A program made the position numbers and the translations under genes. Positions 1-8,403 of a DNA stretch of 20,652 bases are shown here, piece by piece. The notes under the pieces were generated by a model. It worked only from the letters and a program-made list of their open reading frames with translations, was not told the DNA's origin and made no database searches. Within the stretch, counting starts at the first letter, position 1. Every line of letters starts with the position of its first letter. Source of the stretch: a virus (Duplodnaviria; Heunggongvirae; Uroviricota; Caudoviricetes); IMG/VR virus record IMGVR_UViG_3300026512_000004, positions 1-20,652 of that record. One strand, given 5' to 3'.

Positions 1-1
1 C

Positions 2-1372
2 GACAGTAAAAGTAACGAGGAATTCTATGATAGATTACATACTTTAGCACGTAAATTGTTCTTCTACGCAAGTTTAAAACCTATCACTGTTAACCTTGAT
101 GATTTGATGAAGGCGAGACGTAAAGTTAAGGAGTTACCTCATAATCCTATTGTAGGTAGTTATCTTGTTGAGATGATTACGGATCAAGCGTTGGAAAATA
201 TATCTGGAACCGATTTGGATATTCTGTACAAATCAGGATCACGTTTATCTCGTGAACAGTTTAGGAAAGCTTGTGTTATTGGTGGATATGTAGCAGATGT
301 ACACAATAAGGTGTTACCGAAACCTATTATGAATTCCGTAATTGAAGGGTTGCCTGAAAAAGATTTCTTTCTTGCTGCACAAGGTACACGTAAAGCGTTG
401 ATAGATAAGTCCATATGGACACCAAGGTCTGGTTATTTGGAGAGAACTTTGGTGTTAACATTGACTGCCGTAGAAATCAGTGAAGATGATTGTGGTGACG
501 AGTTTGGTCTGAAGATTAAAATACCGAGTCAGTTCGTCAAGTACTTTAAAAACAGATATTGGAGATATCCCGGAGAAACAGAATGGAGACAAGGACAACC
601 ACCTGCAGAACAAGATATAGAGTTAAGGTCACCAATCACTTGTAAAGCTGAATGGCCGAGATTATGTGCAAAATGTGCTGGTAAATTTCCGCTGAAGCAT
701 ATTGGAGTTATAGCGGCACAGTGTATTGCAGAACGTTTAACACAGTTAATTTTAAGAACCTTTCATACATCTGGAGCGGCAAGTTTAACAATTGATAAGG
801 AAGTCTTACAACTCATTAAAGAAAATATTGTTGACTGGACTCAAAAATCTATCCTTTTGAAGAAGTGTAGTAAAATCCAGCGCATCATAGATGTCACTAA
901 CCCGATACATGTAGAATATAAAGATGATGTAGTCGAATTAATTTATAGTGAACAAGTATTAGATAACGCGGACATTATTGAAAGATTGAACACATTGAAA
1001 TCGCTTTTCAGAGAGACAGAGAATCCAAATCCACCTCAAGATGTATTACTTTGGTTATTAAAAGAGTACACTAAGATTGGTGATATATTTGCGGTACTGA
1101 TTGAAGTATTACTTTCTATGTTGTATTGGTACAAAGACGGAAATCGTTATGTGCCGTTTCGCAAGCCTGCTTTAGGCAAGTTGATTATACCTTCTTTGAG
1201 GCGTATACCCGGTTTAATTTCTACATGTTTAGGCATGTTATATATGCCAAATTACAAGACTTTCTTAGAGTATTTACAAAATCCAACTAGTGTAGGCAGT
1301 ATTCATGAAATACTTTGGGAGCGCAATTTTGATTATCTGAAAGCTCTGCAAAATGAACGTACTAGAGTTTAG
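2..1372 (+). CDS. rpoC: Viral multi-subunit RNA polymerase beta'-like subunit, C-terminal part (set A); 5'-truncated by the window edge
   Basis: Frame is open from position 2 (DSKSNEEFYDRLHTLARKLFFY...), so the track start at 56 is not the true start. Motifs: KSGSRLSREQ (cf. SGARGS), bridge helix FFLAAQGTRKALIDKSIWTPRSGYLERTLV, EDDCG plus RSPITC..LCAKCAG (bacterial-type Zn site), trigger loop GVIAAQCIAERLTQLILRTFHTSG, late LIEVLLSML (cf. HIEVIVRQM). Confidence 0.93.
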   Translation, partial: DSKSNEEFYDRLHTLARKLFFYASLKPITVNLDDLMKARRKVKELPHNPIVGSYLVEMITDQALENISGTDLDILYKSGSRLSREQFRKACVIGGYVADVHNKVLPKPIMNSVIEGLPEKDFFLAAQGTRKALIDKSIWTPRSGYLERTLVLTLTAVEISEDDCGDEFGLKIKIPSQFVKYFKNRYWRYPGETEWRQGQPPAEQDIELRSPITCKAEWPRLCAKCAGKFPLKHIGVIAAQCIAERLTQLILRTFHTSGAASLTIDKEVLQLIKENIVDWTQKSILLKKCSKIQRIIDVTNPIHVEYKDDVVELIYSEQVLDNADIIERLNTLKSLFRETENPNPPQDVLLWLLKEYTKIGDIFAVLIEVLLSMLYWYKDGNRYVPFRKPALGKLIIPSLRRIPGLISTCLGMLYMPNYKTFLEYLQNPTSVGSIHEILWERNFDYLKALQNERTRV

Positions 1373-2300
1373 ACAAAAAGATTACGACAGAATTTTCACA
1401 ACATACATACCTACATTAGTAAAAATAAAATACCCGGATGCTACTAACATAAAGATTGAAAAAGAAGAAGTATGTACATATACAAGTTGGTGGTATCGGA
1501 TAAAATGTACATTTGATTGTGTGAAAGGAACAGTTGAACAAACAGTTATGATTCCTATACTTGAAAACCAGCTAATGAAGTTGCGGGGTACATATTATAT
1601 ACCAAGATATTGGCTGGTTTCTGCACCTTTAGTTCGTCGTAAAAAGACAGTCGTAATATGGTCCTGGTTGAAACCAATAATAGTAGATATTATGAAGGAT
1701 AGAGTTTATTTTCAAGTAGTTAGGGAAACAAAACCGAGCGTTAATATTGACGAGGACTTCAGTACCTTTATGAATACTATTGGTTGTTCTGATGAAGAAT
1801 GTCCTTTGCGTAGTGAATGTAGATTGACAGCGAGAAATGAGTTCAAATATGATTTTAAGATGATTAACGACATTTTCTTCGATGATTGGACATTACGAGT
1901 ATATACGGATTGGTTTCCGAATGTTGAAAAACACTGTGCCTTCCGTTACTTTGTTGAAACGGTTTTTACGGATAAGTGTACAGATTTAAATGATATGCGT
2001 CAGAAACGTTTATCCTGTTTTGAAAATTGGTTCAAAAGTTTAATACTGTTAAGCGATTGGAGTCGGACACATTTAGTAGATTTCGAGAATTTATTAGCAG
2101 TTCCAGAAGCTAATCCGTTGAGCATAATAATATTGTCTCTAAAATGTTATGAAGTTGGTTCCTCTTTGGAATCGATTAAGTTTAATGAAAGTTTTGAATA
2201 CATAATTTGTCCAGTTTCGTTATCCGATCAGGAACCGTTGAAGTATTCTACACTTTTACCTGAAGTAGAAGTTAATGAGATTGGACGTTTCTTAAAATGA
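1353..2300 (+). CDS. rpoB: RNA polymerase beta-like subunit, N-terminal part (set A), strongly reduced
   Basis: TVMIPILENQLMKLRGTYYIPRYWLVSAP matches the beta region-A motif (GDFPLMT..GTFIINGTERV.VSQL.RSP). NESFEYIICPVSLSDQEPLKYSTLL matches [25 protein letters not shown]. The N-terminus aligns with the paralogous beta from about nt 17330. ATGA overlap with the beta C-part. Confidence 0.72.
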   Translation: MNVLEFRQKDYDRIFTTYIPTLVKIKYPDATNIKIEKEEVCTYTSWWYRIKCTFDCVKGTVEQTVMIPILENQLMKLRGTYYIPRYWLVSAPLVRRKKTVVIWSWLKPIIVDIMKDRVYFQVVRETKPSVNIDEDFSTFMNTIGCSDEECPLRSECRLTARNEFKYDFKMINDIFFDDWTLRVYTDWFPNVEKHCAFRYFVETVFTDKCTDLNDMRQKRLSCFENWFKSLILLSDWSRTHLVDFENLLAVPEANPLSIIILSLKCYEVGSSLESIKFNESFEYIICPVSLSDQEPLKYSTLLPEVEVNEIGRFLK

Positions 2301-3994
2301 TAGCATTAGGGCCACCTTTTACGGCACAAACGGATACAACACGTTTACAAATGGCTACGAAACAATTTGCTCAGACTTTAGTACATGAGACCTGTGAAAT
2401 ACCTTATGTGATAACACGTGAAATGCTTGGTTTATCTTTTCCTCCTTTAGTTATACGTGCTCATAAGGATTGTGAAGTTGAGAAATATGGCAGGTTATTG
2501 TTAGTCGATGATAAAGTATATTGGGTGGAAGATTTCCTCGCGGGTACACCCTTACGTTACGTGAAAACAGGTAAAGTACATGAAGGAGAAGTTATTTGTG
2601 AATATGTAGGGTTCAAAAACGGTATTGTTACTTCTGGTTGGAACAGTGTTGTTGCTTTTCTACCATTCTTTGGATATAATTATGAAGACGCTATTGTTGT
2701 GTCAGAACGTTTTGCTAAGAAAACTGTCCACACTACTGTTGAAGAATATTTGATACCAGTATACGAAGACACCACTATCTATGAAGCTCCAGATAAAATA
2801 CATTGTGAAGGTAATATCAAATTTAGATGGTCTTCTAAGACAACTATAGATACCATTTCTGATTTAGTTGATTTTATATTCGGTAGAAGTGCAAATGATG
2901 AACTTGTAATTGAAAATGCTAAATGGATACAAATACGTACTTATAAGATAGCAAGAAAACCTAAATTGTTATCAAAAAGTACAGAAGAGATAGTTAGTAA
3001 ACTGTATAAACAATATGTTGCTCAGTTAAGAGGTGAAGTAGAAGCTGTAAGTAAGGTTTTGCCTACATTTGTTCACGATTATTTGAACAGATTGATCATC
3101 ACAATGGACGATGTCCGGATTAATGACTTGTTCCCTTATCGTAGTAAATTACAGTACATCATTCACGTAATCGCTAGATTCGACAAAGATTTAAAAGTTG
3201 GTGATAAGTTATGCAATAGGTATGCAAATAAAGGAGTTGTGTCTCTTATAATTCCAAATGAATTAACTCCAGAATATCAAGATACAGATGGATCTTGGAA
3301 GAAGATAGAAGTTTTATTAAACCCATTAGGACTTTTCGCGAGAATGAATATGGGCCAGGTCTGGGAGTTGTATATTGCTCGTATTGTTAAGAAGTTGTGG
3401 TCCGAAGGTGATGAGAAGAATTTCCAGAAACTGTGCGAGTTGCTGAAAGCACCAGAACAAGAGTTCAAACCATATTTAATAGTTGATAAAATTTCTTACT
3501 TCGATGTTGACCGTGTTTATGCATTTATCAACGAGCAATTAGGTGGAACCGTTACCAAAGTTCGATACAAGAGGGAGTTGTTGGAGTGGTTGAAAGATAA
3601 TTATGGTGCTGATTTTGATTGGCCAATAACTGGTGACGTATACGTACAAGCAAGTGTTGGTATTCAGTATATACAGAAGTTAAAACAAACTGCAGAATCT
3701 AAAATCAATGTTAGAGACTTAGGCCCGTACAGAATAATAACAAAACAGCCCACACGTGGTAAAAAGAAATCTGGTGGTTCACGTATCGGTTACATGGAAA
3801 TAGATGCGTTAATAGCACACGGTGCATTAGACACGTTAAAAGAGTTAACAACTATAAAATCTGATTGTGTAGACGAAAAGGTTAAAATGGTGAAAGATAT
3901 GGTGTCAGATAGGAAACCCGATTTGAAAAATGTCAAATCCTACACGAAGAGGACCGTTGATCACATAATGGCTGCGTTATCGGAGATGTTGTAG
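2297..3994 (+). CDS. rpoB: RNA polymerase beta-like subunit, C-terminal part (set A)
   Basis: PFTAQTDTTRLQMATKQFAQ (cf. [20 protein letters not shown]), FFGYNYEDAIVVSERF, LKVGDKLCNRYANKGVVS, LLNPLGLFARMNMGQVWE, GPYRIITKQPTRGKKKSGGSRIGYMEIDALIAHGA, ELTTIKSD. Confidence 0.96.
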   Translation: MIALGPPFTAQTDTTRLQMATKQFAQTLVHETCEIPYVITREMLGLSFPPLVIRAHKDCEVEKYGRLLLVDDKVYWVEDFLAGTPLRYVKTGKVHEGEVICEYVGFKNGIVTSGWNSVVAFLPFFGYNYEDAIVVSERFAKKTVHTTVEEYLIPVYEDTTIYEAPDKIHCEGNIKFRWSSKTTIDTISDLVDFIFGRSANDELVIENAKWIQIRTYKIARKPKLLSKSTEEIVSKLYKQYVAQLRGEVEAVSKVLPTFVHDYLNRLIITMDDVRINDLFPYRSKLQYIIHVIARFDKDLKVGDKLCNRYANKGVVSLIIPNELTPEYQDTDGSWKKIEVLLNPLGLFARMNMGQVWELYIARIVKKLWSEGDEKNFQKLCELLKAPEQEFKPYLIVDKISYFDVDRVYAFINEQLGGTVTKVRYKRELLEWLKDNYGADFDWPITGDVYVQASVGIQYIQKLKQTAESKINVRDLGPYRIITKQPTRGKKKSGGSRIGYMEIDALIAHGALDTLKELTTIKSDCVDEKVKMVKDMVSDRKPDLKNVKSYTKRTVDHIMAALSEML

Positions 3995-4000
3995 TCGATA

Positions 4001-4046
4001 TTGACACGTCGCCTTTACACTTCTTTTTTTGTTTTGAGAGGAAAGT
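4001..4046 (+). promoter_or_regulatory. Intergenic region with TTGACAC, a T-rich tract and a Shine-Dalgarno-like GAGGA upstream of ORF 4047
   Basis: TTGACAC at 4001-4007, T run at about 4021-4035, GAGAGGAAAGT directly before the ATG at 4047. No canonical -10 hexamer at 16-18 bp spacing. Confidence 0.35.
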
Positions 4047-5198
4047 ATGAAACATAACGAGTATTTTATTAACCTATATCGCGGTGAGTTTAATTTATCA
4101 GGTCTCCAGGTATTACAATTGTATCGATTTCCACTACGTAAACTAGCTTCTTACGTTGTCGCTGAGTGTTCGTTGCCAACGAACTTACTCAATGCTCTTC
4201 AAGAGCTTCTGATAGACCACGAAGTGAACAATTTACAGTTTAATCTAGAAATTTGTCACATACAGAATAAAGAAAAAGTTCCATTAGTTACATGTAACTT
4301 ACTTCTTGTTCATATGGATGTTGATGTTACGTTAATCGATAAGCCTGAAACAAATAGTGTTCGTATGTACTTTGTACCATGGCATGTATATGAGATGCAA
4401 CAGAATAGTAAATTGTTCACGATATATGAAAATATGTCTGCTTTAGATGCCATAAAAGACATATTAAATAAAATGAAATCCGAATACAATTTAAAAGCTG
4501 TTAAGTTATTCACAAAAGATGCTAGTAATTTTGTTTATGAACAGATACTTGCTAGAGCCGATAACGATCTAGTTTTACCAGTACGAATTGCCGATATGTA
4601 TAAGCCAGCACATACTCAACCTATCTATTTTGTTGATTTTTTCCATTATGAAGAATCTACACCTAAACCTTCTGTTTTCTTTTTCACATTATTTAGTCGT
4701 GATTTATTTCCCACAAAAAACGTGTTAACAACATCTCTGTCTTTGACTTCCAGGCGTTTAAAATCGGTCCCGTTACACGAATTTCTAAAGGGCAACCACT
4801 ACGTCGATCTATTAAGAGATAAACCTAAAATCACTGTCAAGACACCAGATATGATATTTCAACAACCTAATAAACAAGAAGCAAAAAACAATCAAGAACT
4901 AGTAATACATACACCTGATAGTAAGATAGATGCGTTGAAACGATTTGACCAAACTAAAGAACTAGTCTTGAAGAAGCTACATAGTTTTAGTTGGTGGGAA
5001 ATTCGTAATTATGATTTTGAGATGTTGACACTGTGTCAGAGAATCAATATAGATATAGCCGATCCAGATAGTTTTAATCAATTGATTGTAGGTTTGAAAA
5101 ACGTGTTTAGACGTGCAGCACAAACGGCTGATCCTGAGAAAATACCGTATAATCACGATTACTATATATTAACATGCGATTATGTCTCAGACAGTTGA
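4047..5198 (+). CDS. Hypothetical protein, possibly a baseplate hub (T4 gp27 / Mu gp44 / VgrG-N-like)
   Basis: 383-aa ORF with RBS. The segment TIYENMSALDAIKDILNKMKSEY...FVYEQILAR...PIYFVDF recalls the hub pattern IFQNKSV.DI...IL...Y..Q..E.D..F..RL...GI.Y.F. Similarity is weak and by eye only. Confidence 0.4.
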   Translation: MKHNEYFINLYRGEFNLSGLQVLQLYRFPLRKLASYVVAECSLPTNLLNALQELLIDHEVNNLQFNLEICHIQNKEKVPLVTCNLLLVHMDVDVTLIDKPETNSVRMYFVPWHVYEMQQNSKLFTIYENMSALDAIKDILNKMKSEYNLKAVKLFTKDASNFVYEQILARADNDLVLPVRIADMYKPAHTQPIYFVDFFHYEESTPKPSVFFFTLFSRDLFPTKNVLTTSLSLTSRRLKSVPLHEFLKGNHYVDLLRDKPKITVKTPDMIFQQPNKQEAKNNQELVIHTPDSKIDALKRFDQTKELVLKKLHSFSWWEIRNYDFEMLTLCQRINIDIADPDSFNQLIVGLKNVFRRAAQTADPEKIPYNHDYYILTCDYVSDS

Positions 5199-6084
5199 TT
5201 GGATTTACTTACGACCACCAAAGTTATCGCTAATAACACCTACTAAGAAAGATGTTTTATATTTAATTGACATATGTTCTATTATACGTGGATTATATAC
5301 ACGTCGCGCAATGGAATACGAGATATACGAAGTTGCAAGTGGTAAGGAGTACCCTACTAAGTTTTTCTACGAATTGATGGATTTTTTGAAGTATATAGGG
5401 ACCATAACGCGTAATTGGAAATGTAAACCTTACTTTGTTATATTTTATGACGAAGGAGGATGTATTCAAAACAGACAATTAGACCCTGACTACAAGAAAC
5501 GAACCTTTGAGTTTGACGAATACGATAAATTACGTGCTTTATTAAGACGGCATTATTTACAACACATACCAGAATATTTTGGCCATATACAAAATGTACA
5601 GATAATTAACACAAAAGAGTACGAATGTGATTTCGTTTCACTTTGGAAAAAGAAAGATGACTTCTTTCATGTTGTCCTGAGTAACGATAAAGATCTTTTA
5701 CAAGTTATTGACGATAATACTGTTATGTTAACGCCGCAAAATAAACTGTTTACACGAGAGAATGCAACTACTAAGATACACGAAAAAGTGAAGTTGGATC
5801 CAAAATACGTTCCGTTACTTTTGGCAATGGCAGGTGATTCTGCTGATAATATTCCAGGATGTTGTCGTGGGTATGGTTACGTACGGTGTGCGAGACTCAT
5901 CGTGGAAGCCGGTATACCTCCGGACCCGTTTTCTTTCCCCCAAAGTATAGATATATTACTTAGAAGAATTGGGTTTGACACAGATCGGTTACGACTAAAT
6001 TACCAATTGACATCTTTTAGTGAACAAATGAAGAGGATTAATTGGGACAAAATTGAAACCGTAGGAGGGTTAGATGACTTTTAA
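5182..6084 (+). CDS. 5'-3' exonuclease / flap endonuclease (T4 RNase H / Pol I N-terminal-like, PIN fold)
   Basis: Acidic motifs YLIDICS, IFYDEGG..NRQLDPDYKKR, YECD, VLSNDKDLLQVI and the H3TH motif LLAMAGDSADNIPGCCRGYG. Confidence 0.92.
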   Translation: MSQTVDWIYLRPPKLSLITPTKKDVLYLIDICSIIRGLYTRRAMEYEIYEVASGKEYPTKFFYELMDFLKYIGTITRNWKCKPYFVIFYDEGGCIQNRQLDPDYKKRTFEFDEYDKLRALLRRHYLQHIPEYFGHIQNVQIINTKEYECDFVSLWKKKDDFFHVVLSNDKDLLQVIDDNTVMLTPQNKLFTRENATTKIHEKVKLDPKYVPLLLAMAGDSADNIPGCCRGYGYVRCARLIVEAGIPPDPFSFPQSIDILLRRIGFDTDRLRLNYQLTSFSEQMKRINWDKIETVGGLDDF

Positions 6085-6460
6085 AGAGCTGGTAGAATTG
6101 TTCCGTCAAAAAGTACACGAAAAAACACAAAACAAAGAACTGACATTATATGCGATTGGTTCTACACTTTTTGAAGGTGGTATGATGCCACTCAATAGAG
6201 TTGTCAAAGGAAAAGGATTACCTAGATATGATACTGTTGAAAAATGGTTTAACGAGATTGGTTACGATGTACACATTGTAATAACACCTAAAAACGATTC
6301 TGAGGTTAAAGAGTTGAGCGATAGATTAAATAGAGAGGCTATGGATAGACTTTTTGATCAAATCACCAATATGACTACTACTGTCAGACGTGGTGGTAGA
6401 ATTGGTCGTATGATTGAAGATATAGTAGAACAAATGGCGAAACAACAAAGTAGTGAGTAA
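6074..6460 (+). CDS. Small protein, possible XRE/Cro-type helix-turn-helix DNA-binding protein
   Basis: 128 aa with a GGAGG RBS. TLYAIGSTLFEGGMMPLNRVVKGKGLPRYDTVEKWFNEIGYDV resembles the XRE pattern (..L..I.RG...P..DTL.K....LG..V). Confidence 0.5.
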   Translation: MTFKELVELFRQKVHEKTQNKELTLYAIGSTLFEGGMMPLNRVVKGKGLPRYDTVEKWFNEIGYDVHIVITPKNDSEVKELSDRLNREAMDRLFDQITNMTTTVRRGGRIGRMIEDIVEQMAKQQSSE

Positions 6461-7413
6461 TGCAAGTCTACGACAAAATTGATACGATAAACAGTCATCT
6501 ACAAGATATTATCGATCATAAAGAACAGGTTGCGATTAGTAATGGTAATACGTTAACCTACAATTACACGTATAATCACACACCATTAACTCAAGGTAAG
6601 ACGTATTTAAAATTCACAAAAAATGGTTCTGAAATTATAGTTGGTCCAGATACTCCGACTGATGATGATACAGGTATTATACAAACTGTCGACGTTGTAG
6701 TAAACATAGTTTCCTATTTAACCGGACAATTGGAAATAACGTTCACTACAGCACCAGATAATGGAACTCCTATTTTCGTCGTATCAGGATACACATTTGA
6801 TGATGTAGATGAGTGCATTGATACACAAAATAATTTGAACAATGTGAAATTAGTTTTACAAAATAATGAAACGAATATAACTGATAATTTTGATATGTTT
6901 TTTGGCAGTTCTAACGCTATGATTCAGACTACACAATCAGAGCAACTGGAGCAAAATTGTATTTTACAAGGGAAAACAATATCCTGTCTATATCAAGGCT
7001 ATTTTCTCGACGATCTCGTGAATTTAGTAGGCATTGACTTGGTGAACAGTTTAGATGAGCTAAATGAGAGGTTAAGCAACGTAGAACCAAGCATAAATAA
7101 TCTTCTTGACATACGTAATCAAATACTCGATTTTCTCAACACGGCAAATAAAGAAATAACGGCTAAGGTAATGGCAGCAAAGATGGGTGTTAACCACCAG
7201 GACGAGTTATTTGCGAGTTACGGAACAATTTATGAAATGAAAGGTGGACAAGATTTGTATGCAAAAATGTCAGCGTATTTTCAGGCGCAACAATTCAATA
7301 ATAAGGTTGTATCAAGTATAATAGCTGAGGCACGTGAATATTTAGATAGTAATATTGCACCATTGACAAATCAACTTAGTACAAATCTTGCGAACTTAGG
7401 TTGTAATGCCTAA
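6460..7413 (+). CDS. Hypothetical protein, probable virion/tail-associated structural protein
   Basis: N-terminal T/G/Y-rich beta-type domain (IVSYLTGQLEITFTTAPDNGTPIFV, a pattern common in tail/baseplate proteins) followed by an N/Q/L-rich helical region. Translationally coupled to the PAAR gene. Confidence 0.4.
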   Translation: MQVYDKIDTINSHLQDIIDHKEQVAISNGNTLTYNYTYNHTPLTQGKTYLKFTKNGSEIIVGPDTPTDDDTGIIQTVDVVVNIVSYLTGQLEITFTTAPDNGTPIFVVSGYTFDDVDECIDTQNNLNNVKLVLQNNETNITDNFDMFFGSSNAMIQTTQSEQLEQNCILQGKTISCLYQGYFLDDLVNLVGIDLVNSLDELNERLSNVEPSINNLLDIRNQILDFLNTANKEITAKVMAAKMGVNHQDELFASYGTIYEMKGGQDLYAKMSAYFQAQQFNNKVVSSIIAEAREYLDSNIAPLTNQLSTNLANLGCNA

Positions 7414-7705
7414 AGCAGCACGTTTGACAGATATGACGATCGGCATTTGTTGTTGTCATGGTGGATGTATACCGATGATGGGTGTCATTGTGACTAGCTC
7501 TTCGAATACAATTACCGACAACCTATTACAAGCAAGAGTCACGGATTTGGTACTAGGTTTATGTGGACATATTGGACTTATTGTTACGGGAAGCGGTGAC
7601 GTTATTACGAATAACTTACGAACTGCACGTGTTGGGGACTTAACTGCTGGCTGTCTAATAACGACTATAGTAACAGGAAGTCCAGATACAATAGTTGACG
7701 GTTGA
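7406..7705 (+). CDS. PAAR-repeat spike-tip protein (T4 gp5.4-like)
   Basis: 99 aa with three repeats KAARLTD, QARVTD and TARVGD, each preceded or followed by IVT(S/G)S..(T/V)I. Cys/His candidates for Zn binding: CCCH, CGH, GC. Confidence 0.9.
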   Translation: MPKAARLTDMTIGICCCHGGCIPMMGVIVTSSSNTITDNLLQARVTDLVLGLCGHIGLIVTGSGDVITNNLRTARVGDLTAGCLITTIVTGSPDTIVDG

Positions 7706-8403
7706 TGCAAAATTGGAATAATGTCTTAAGCTACATTAAATCGCATTTAGGAGCACCGGTTAATGAACTAGAGTTAACCGATGAACAGATAATACGATAC
7801 ATACAAGAACACACATTAGTAGAGTTTTCGAATTATGTACCCCATAAGAAATACGAAGTAATAACAAGTAGTAATCTGGTACAAGATTATCCTGTTCCAA
7901 AATACGAGATACCTACAGACGATCCGATATTGGATGTAATGGAAGTGTACTACAATAATGATTACAGTACAGGACTTGAGTCATTGGCTGCTGCACTTGG
8001 TACACGTACAACATTGCCCGCAGTGAGGCTTGCTTTAGAAGCGCAAGTAAGACTTGACATTGCTAAATACTTTGCGCCTGCTATTACCTTTGAGTTCGAA
8101 TCACCTAAGTATCTATATATAACACCTAAAGTAGACATAGCACTAGTACGTTATGGTACAGTCCATAAGAACTTAAATACTATACCGGCTGACATGTATC
8201 AACTGTTCAAACGATTGGCTTTAGCTGATATTATGATTTGGTTAGGTAGTATAAGATCCAAGTTTGAGTCGTTAGCAACACCAGTTGCTCAAGTTCAGTT
8301 AAATTGGCAGCAACTATATCAAGAGGGACAACAAATAAGAGCAGAAGTAACACAAATGTTAAATTCATTGCCACCTGACCGATTTGTAATTTGGGTAGGA
8401 TGA
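7705..8403 (+). CDS. Neck / head-completion protein, T4 gp13-like
   Basis: YIKSHLGAPVNELELTDEQI matches T4 gp13 ILRRLGAPIINVELTPDQI. The C-terminus LFKRLALADIMIWLGSIRSKF...QLNWQQLYQEGQQIRAEVTQMLNSLPPDRFVIWVG matches the gp13 C-terminal pattern ending PP....VG. The ATG at 7705 (TGATG overlap) is preferred to the TTG at 7702. Confidence 0.88.
   Translation: MQNWNNVLSYIKSHLGAPVNELELTDEQIIRYIQEHTLVEFSNYVPHKKYEVITSSNLVQDYPVPKYEIPTDDPILDVMEVYYNNDYSTGLESLAAALGTRTTLPAVRLALEAQVRLDIAKYFAPAITFEFESPKYLYITPKVDIALVRYGTVHKNLNTIPADMYQLFKRLALADIMIWLGSIRSKFESLATPVAQVQLNWQQLYQEGQQIRAEVTQMLNSLPPDRFVIWVG

Noticed and set aside
56-58. Track start codon for the first ORF
   Set aside because: The frame is open back to position 2 with no stop, so the gene most likely begins upstream of the window.
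5026-5038. Palindrome TGACAC-T-GTGTCA
   Set aside because: Single short occurrence inside a CDS with no terminator-like T tract; not distinguishable from chance apart from the TTGACAC observation reported above.
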